The position numbers and the translations under genes were made by a program. Shown here in pieces: positions 61,167 through 64,000 of a stretch of DNA of 64,000 bases. Every line of letters begins with the position of its first letter. Position 1 is the first letter of the stretch. Source of the stretch: Spirochaetota bacterium (GTDB lineage: Bacteria; Spirochaetota; UBA4802; UBA5550); NCBI GenBank assembly GCA_963664815.2, contig CAXXHB010000003.1, positions 1,408,001 to 1,472,000 on the forward strand. Direction: 5' to 3'. Below the pieces are notes generated by a model. The model did no database searches and was not told the origin of the DNA. It worked only from the letters and a program-made list of their open reading frames with translations.

Positions 61167-63338
61167 ATGAATATATTAAACAGAATCAACAGATCCATAT
61201 CGGCATTTATAAAAAACCTTAGCAGCACGCTCGTTTTGTCTTCTATACGACAGGGGCTGACATTGATGATTCCTGTTATGATGATAGGTGCTTTCGCACT
61301 GTTTGTAAACAATATTCCGGTTAAATCTTATCAGATTTTCATGAAGAGTATTTTTGGAGAGGGTTGGGAGTCTTTCGGGATTTATGTTCATCGCGGCACA
61401 TTTTCAATAATGTCTGTCGGCATGCTTCTTACAATCAGTTATTCAATGGCCGGTAATTCTACCATGGGGAAGAAGAATAAAGTAAATCCGGTAATTGCTT
61501 CAATTGTTGCTATGGCGTCACTTTTTTCAATTATGCATGTGAGTAATGACATGTTACGTTTCAGCTGGCTTGGCCCTCTTGGCGTATTTCCAGCAATAGT
61601 AATTGCGTGTTTATCAACATCGGTCTTTATCTATTTTTCATCTGTCCCCTGGCTCAGGATAAGGATGTACAGTAATACAGCCGACCAGAATCTTACCCAG
61701 TCAATTGCTTCGATGATTCCTGCGCTGTTGACAATATCAGTCTTTGCACTGTTTCGCCTGTGTATGACGGGATTTGGCATAGAGGATATGTATGCTGAAA
61801 TAAACCTATGGCTTAAAAATTTATTCACTGGGACATCATCTTCGCTGCTGACGGCAGTTATTTTCATCAGCCTTATACATATATTCTGGTTTTTCGGAAT
61901 TCACGGCAATAATGTACTTGAACCTGTGACACAGACTCTATTTGTTCCGGCGCTTGCAGTAAACCAGTCCCTTGTTGCACAGGGGCATCAGCCGGTTGAG
62001 ATATTTACAAAGCAGTTTTTTGATGTGTTTGTTCTGCTTGGCGGATCCGGTTCAACTCTTTGCCTTATAATTGCAATCATTATCAGCACGCGACGCAGCA
62101 ACACGAAACAGATTGCGTCAATATCGGCTCTGCCGAGTCTTATCAACGTCAATGAAATCATGATTTTCGGAATTCCGGTAATTCTTAATTTTTATCTTCT
62201 GATTCCATTTGTTTTACTCCCCGTAATGCTTACGGTTATTACATATACAGCAATGTCGCTCGGCTTTGTAAATCTGACAATTGCCCCTGTTGAATGGACT
62301 ACGCCGATTTTCATTGGAGGCTACATCGCAACCGGATCAATTGCAGGGGCATTTCTGCAGCTGTTTAATCTTGTTGCCGGAATTCTGTTTTACTGGCCTT
62401 TTATCAGGCTTAATGAAAAACATCTGGCTGACGGGCAGGCCGAACAGCTGAAAAAACTCTCACTCGAAATAGAACATCTTGAAGAGATGAAGGAGACAAT
62501 ACTGCTTGGCAGACCCGACAGCATGGGTAATCTTTCAAGGCTTCTGATTAGCGATCTTGAACGCGATCTCAGGAGTGAGAAGCTGAAGCTTGTATATCAG
62601 CCGCAGGTAAACTCTGATAATAAAATGACAGGGATGGAGGCGCTGCTGAGATGGGAACATGCCGAATTGGGTTTCATTGCGCCTCCGTTGATAATAGCAC
62701 TTGCCGAAGAGACACCAATTATAAATGAGCTTGGTATCTGGATAGTCAGAACCGCATGTTTACAGATGAAAGAGTGGAGGCGGGCAGGAATAAAAGGATT
62801 AGATGATATAACAATTTCTATAAATATATCTCCACATCAGCTGGATGATCCCTCGTTTTGTTCAAAAGTGAAGTCCATATTGCTTGAAGCAGGGCTATCT
62901 TCATCATCCCTTGAATTGGAAATTACCGAGCAGGTTGCTCTTGGCGGAATCAAGAGGCTTAAGAGACTTGATGAGCTGAAGGAAATGGGGATTAAACTGG
63001 CAATGGATGATTTTGGTATGGGACATAGTTCATTAATGTATCTGAAAGAGCTGAGTCTTGATACCATTAAACTTGACGGTGCATTGATTCATGAAGTGAC
63101 TGTAAATGAAAAATGCCGTGATATTATCAGCTCAATTGTACAGCTGGGGAATACTATGGGAATTGCTGTAATAGCCGAGTTTGTCGATTCTCTCCACCAG
63201 CAGCAGGAGCTTCTGCGTCTGGGCTGCCTGATATACCAGGGATATCTTTACAGTCCTCCGCTGAAACCTGATGAACTGCTCCCATTCTACATGAAACTGT
63301 CATTTGACCGGCAAAGCAGAATTGAAACTGACATCTGA
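61167..63338 (+). CDS. PTS EIIC (cellobiose/lactose type) fused to an EAL phosphodiesterase
   Basis: FWFFGIHG, LGGSGSTL, INVNEIMIFGIPV and WTTPIFIGGY EIIC motifs; YQPQV, EALLRW, ELEITE, DDFGMG, IKLD and QGY EAL motifs. Confidence 0.93.
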   Translation: MNILNRINRSISAFIKNLSSTLVLSSIRQGLTLMIPVMMIGAFALFVNNIPVKSYQIFMKSIFGEGWESFGIYVHRGTFSIMSVGMLLTISYSMAGNSTMGKKNKVNPVIASIVAMASLFSIMHVSNDMLRFSWLGPLGVFPAIVIACLSTSVFIYFSSVPWLRIRMYSNTADQNLTQSIASMIPALLTISVFALFRLCMTGFGIEDMYAEINLWLKNLFTGTSSSLLTAVIFISLIHIFWFFGIHGNNVLEPVTQTLFVPALAVNQSLVAQGHQPVEIFTKQFFDVFVLLGGSGSTLCLIIAIIISTRRSNTKQIASISALPSLINVNEIMIFGIPVILNFYLLIPFVLLPVMLTVITYTAMSLGFVNLTIAPVEWTTPIFIGGYIATGSIAGAFLQLFNLVAGILFYWPFIRLNEKHLADGQAEQLKKLSLEIEHLEEMKETILLGRPDSMGNLSRLLISDLERDLRSEKLKLVYQPQVNSDNKMTGMEALLRWEHAELGFIAPPLIIALAEETPIINELGIWIVRTACLQMKEWRRAGIKGLDDITISINISPHQLDDPSFCSKVKSILLEAGLSSSSLELEITEQVALGGIKRLKRLDELKEMGIKLAMDDFGMGHSSLMYLKELSLDTIKLDGALIHEVTVNEKCRDIISSIVQLGNTMGIAVIAEFVDSLHQQQELLRLGCLIYQGYLYSPPLKPDELLPFYMKLSFDRQSRIETDI

Positions 63339-63608
63339 TTTTCAGCAGTTCATATATATAAGACTTGTTTCTTCCACGGTTTTTACAGAGTTAAGGGGGT
63401 GAGCCCCTGAAAAGATTACACTCAAGTATTCCTGAACGCTGTAGATGCCGGTCGGGAAATAACTCAGTTGTTATTATTTCTTGACATTTTATTTGGGATA
63501 AGAATTTTCAGAAAATGAGTATTTAAAAGTTTAAACATTGATATCTGAAGGAAAGTTTAGGGAATCGTTTATATTTCCTGGTCTATTTTTTAAAGGAAGG
63601 AGATTATA

Positions 63609-64000
63609 GTGGCAATTGAAAACAGTAACAATACTGCCTATAATGTGAGTGAATACAGTATTGAAAGAATTGACGGGAAAAAGAAAAAAGCATTTTTTCC
63701 GATAAGTCTTAAACTTATAACAATGATTTCACTGATAGTTTTAATCTCGCTTCTTTCAGTTTCGGTTGTGGCAACTTACTTCTTCATGGCAGACAATAAA
63801 GTCAGGGCTATGGAGGATACTCTCAACTATTCGACTCTGATATCAAAGAAGGTCTATACCGATCTTGTATCGATTACTGATAAAGGAAAAATTGCTGCTA
63901 TTAATTTACGCGGGGTAAAATCGGGAAAAGCAGGGGGGGCTTTATCGTTCATGGAGATGATGCTCTCCGGGGATTCTGATATGATTTTAATCGGCGTTAT
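63609..64000 (+). CDS. Partial membrane sensor protein, possibly a HAMP adenylate/guanylate cyclase (truncated by window end)
   Basis: aaggaaggag RBS, GTG start, open frame; FPISLKLITMISLIVLISLLSVSVVATYFF TM segment. Confidence 0.6.
   Translation, partial: MAIENSNNTAYNVSEYSIERIDGKKKKAFFPISLKLITMISLIVLISLLSVSVVATYFFMADNKVRAMEDTLNYSTLISKKVYTDLVSITDKGKIAAINLRGVKSGKAGGALSFMEMMLSGDSDMILIGV

Noticed and set aside
60109-64000. Integrative element at tRNA-Ser
   Set aside because: No integrase and no duplicated tRNA 3' end seen within the window

Overview
Chromosomal window (low GC, standard genetic code) from a probably anaerobic diderm bacterium. The folP-cdaA-cdaR order, lnt, TonB, the long YihY fusion and the partial HAMP/cyclase-like gene suggest Spirochaetota (inference). 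Housekeeping and accessory genes include katG, a TPP-riboswitch-controlled His-type thi4, two cupins, an RRM protein, tlyA, ackA, folP-cdaA-cdaR, a galT-like gene, tRNA-Met/fMet, patatin, lnt, an EF-G paralog, rpsU, an acyl-CoA dehydrogenase, an MCP, tRNA-Ser and a PTS EIIC-EAL fusion, plus several gene remnants. The standout is an 18.7 kb nitrogen/redox locus (31.5-50.2 kb): sigma54 promoter, 26-codon uORF, amtB, glnK, a NifA-like GAF activator, then one tight operon mvhD'-metF*-gltB2'-gltB2-gltB1/3-hdrC-hdrB-hdrA(L)-mvhD-metV. A split glutamate synthase sits inside an Hdr-MvhD-MetFV module. The only GltD-like domain is inserted in HdrA, and the MetF lacks two folate-contacting residues. I propose, as inference, an Hdr-coupled and possibly electron-bifurcating glutamate synthase complex. 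All assignments come from motif recognition by eye; no database searches were run.
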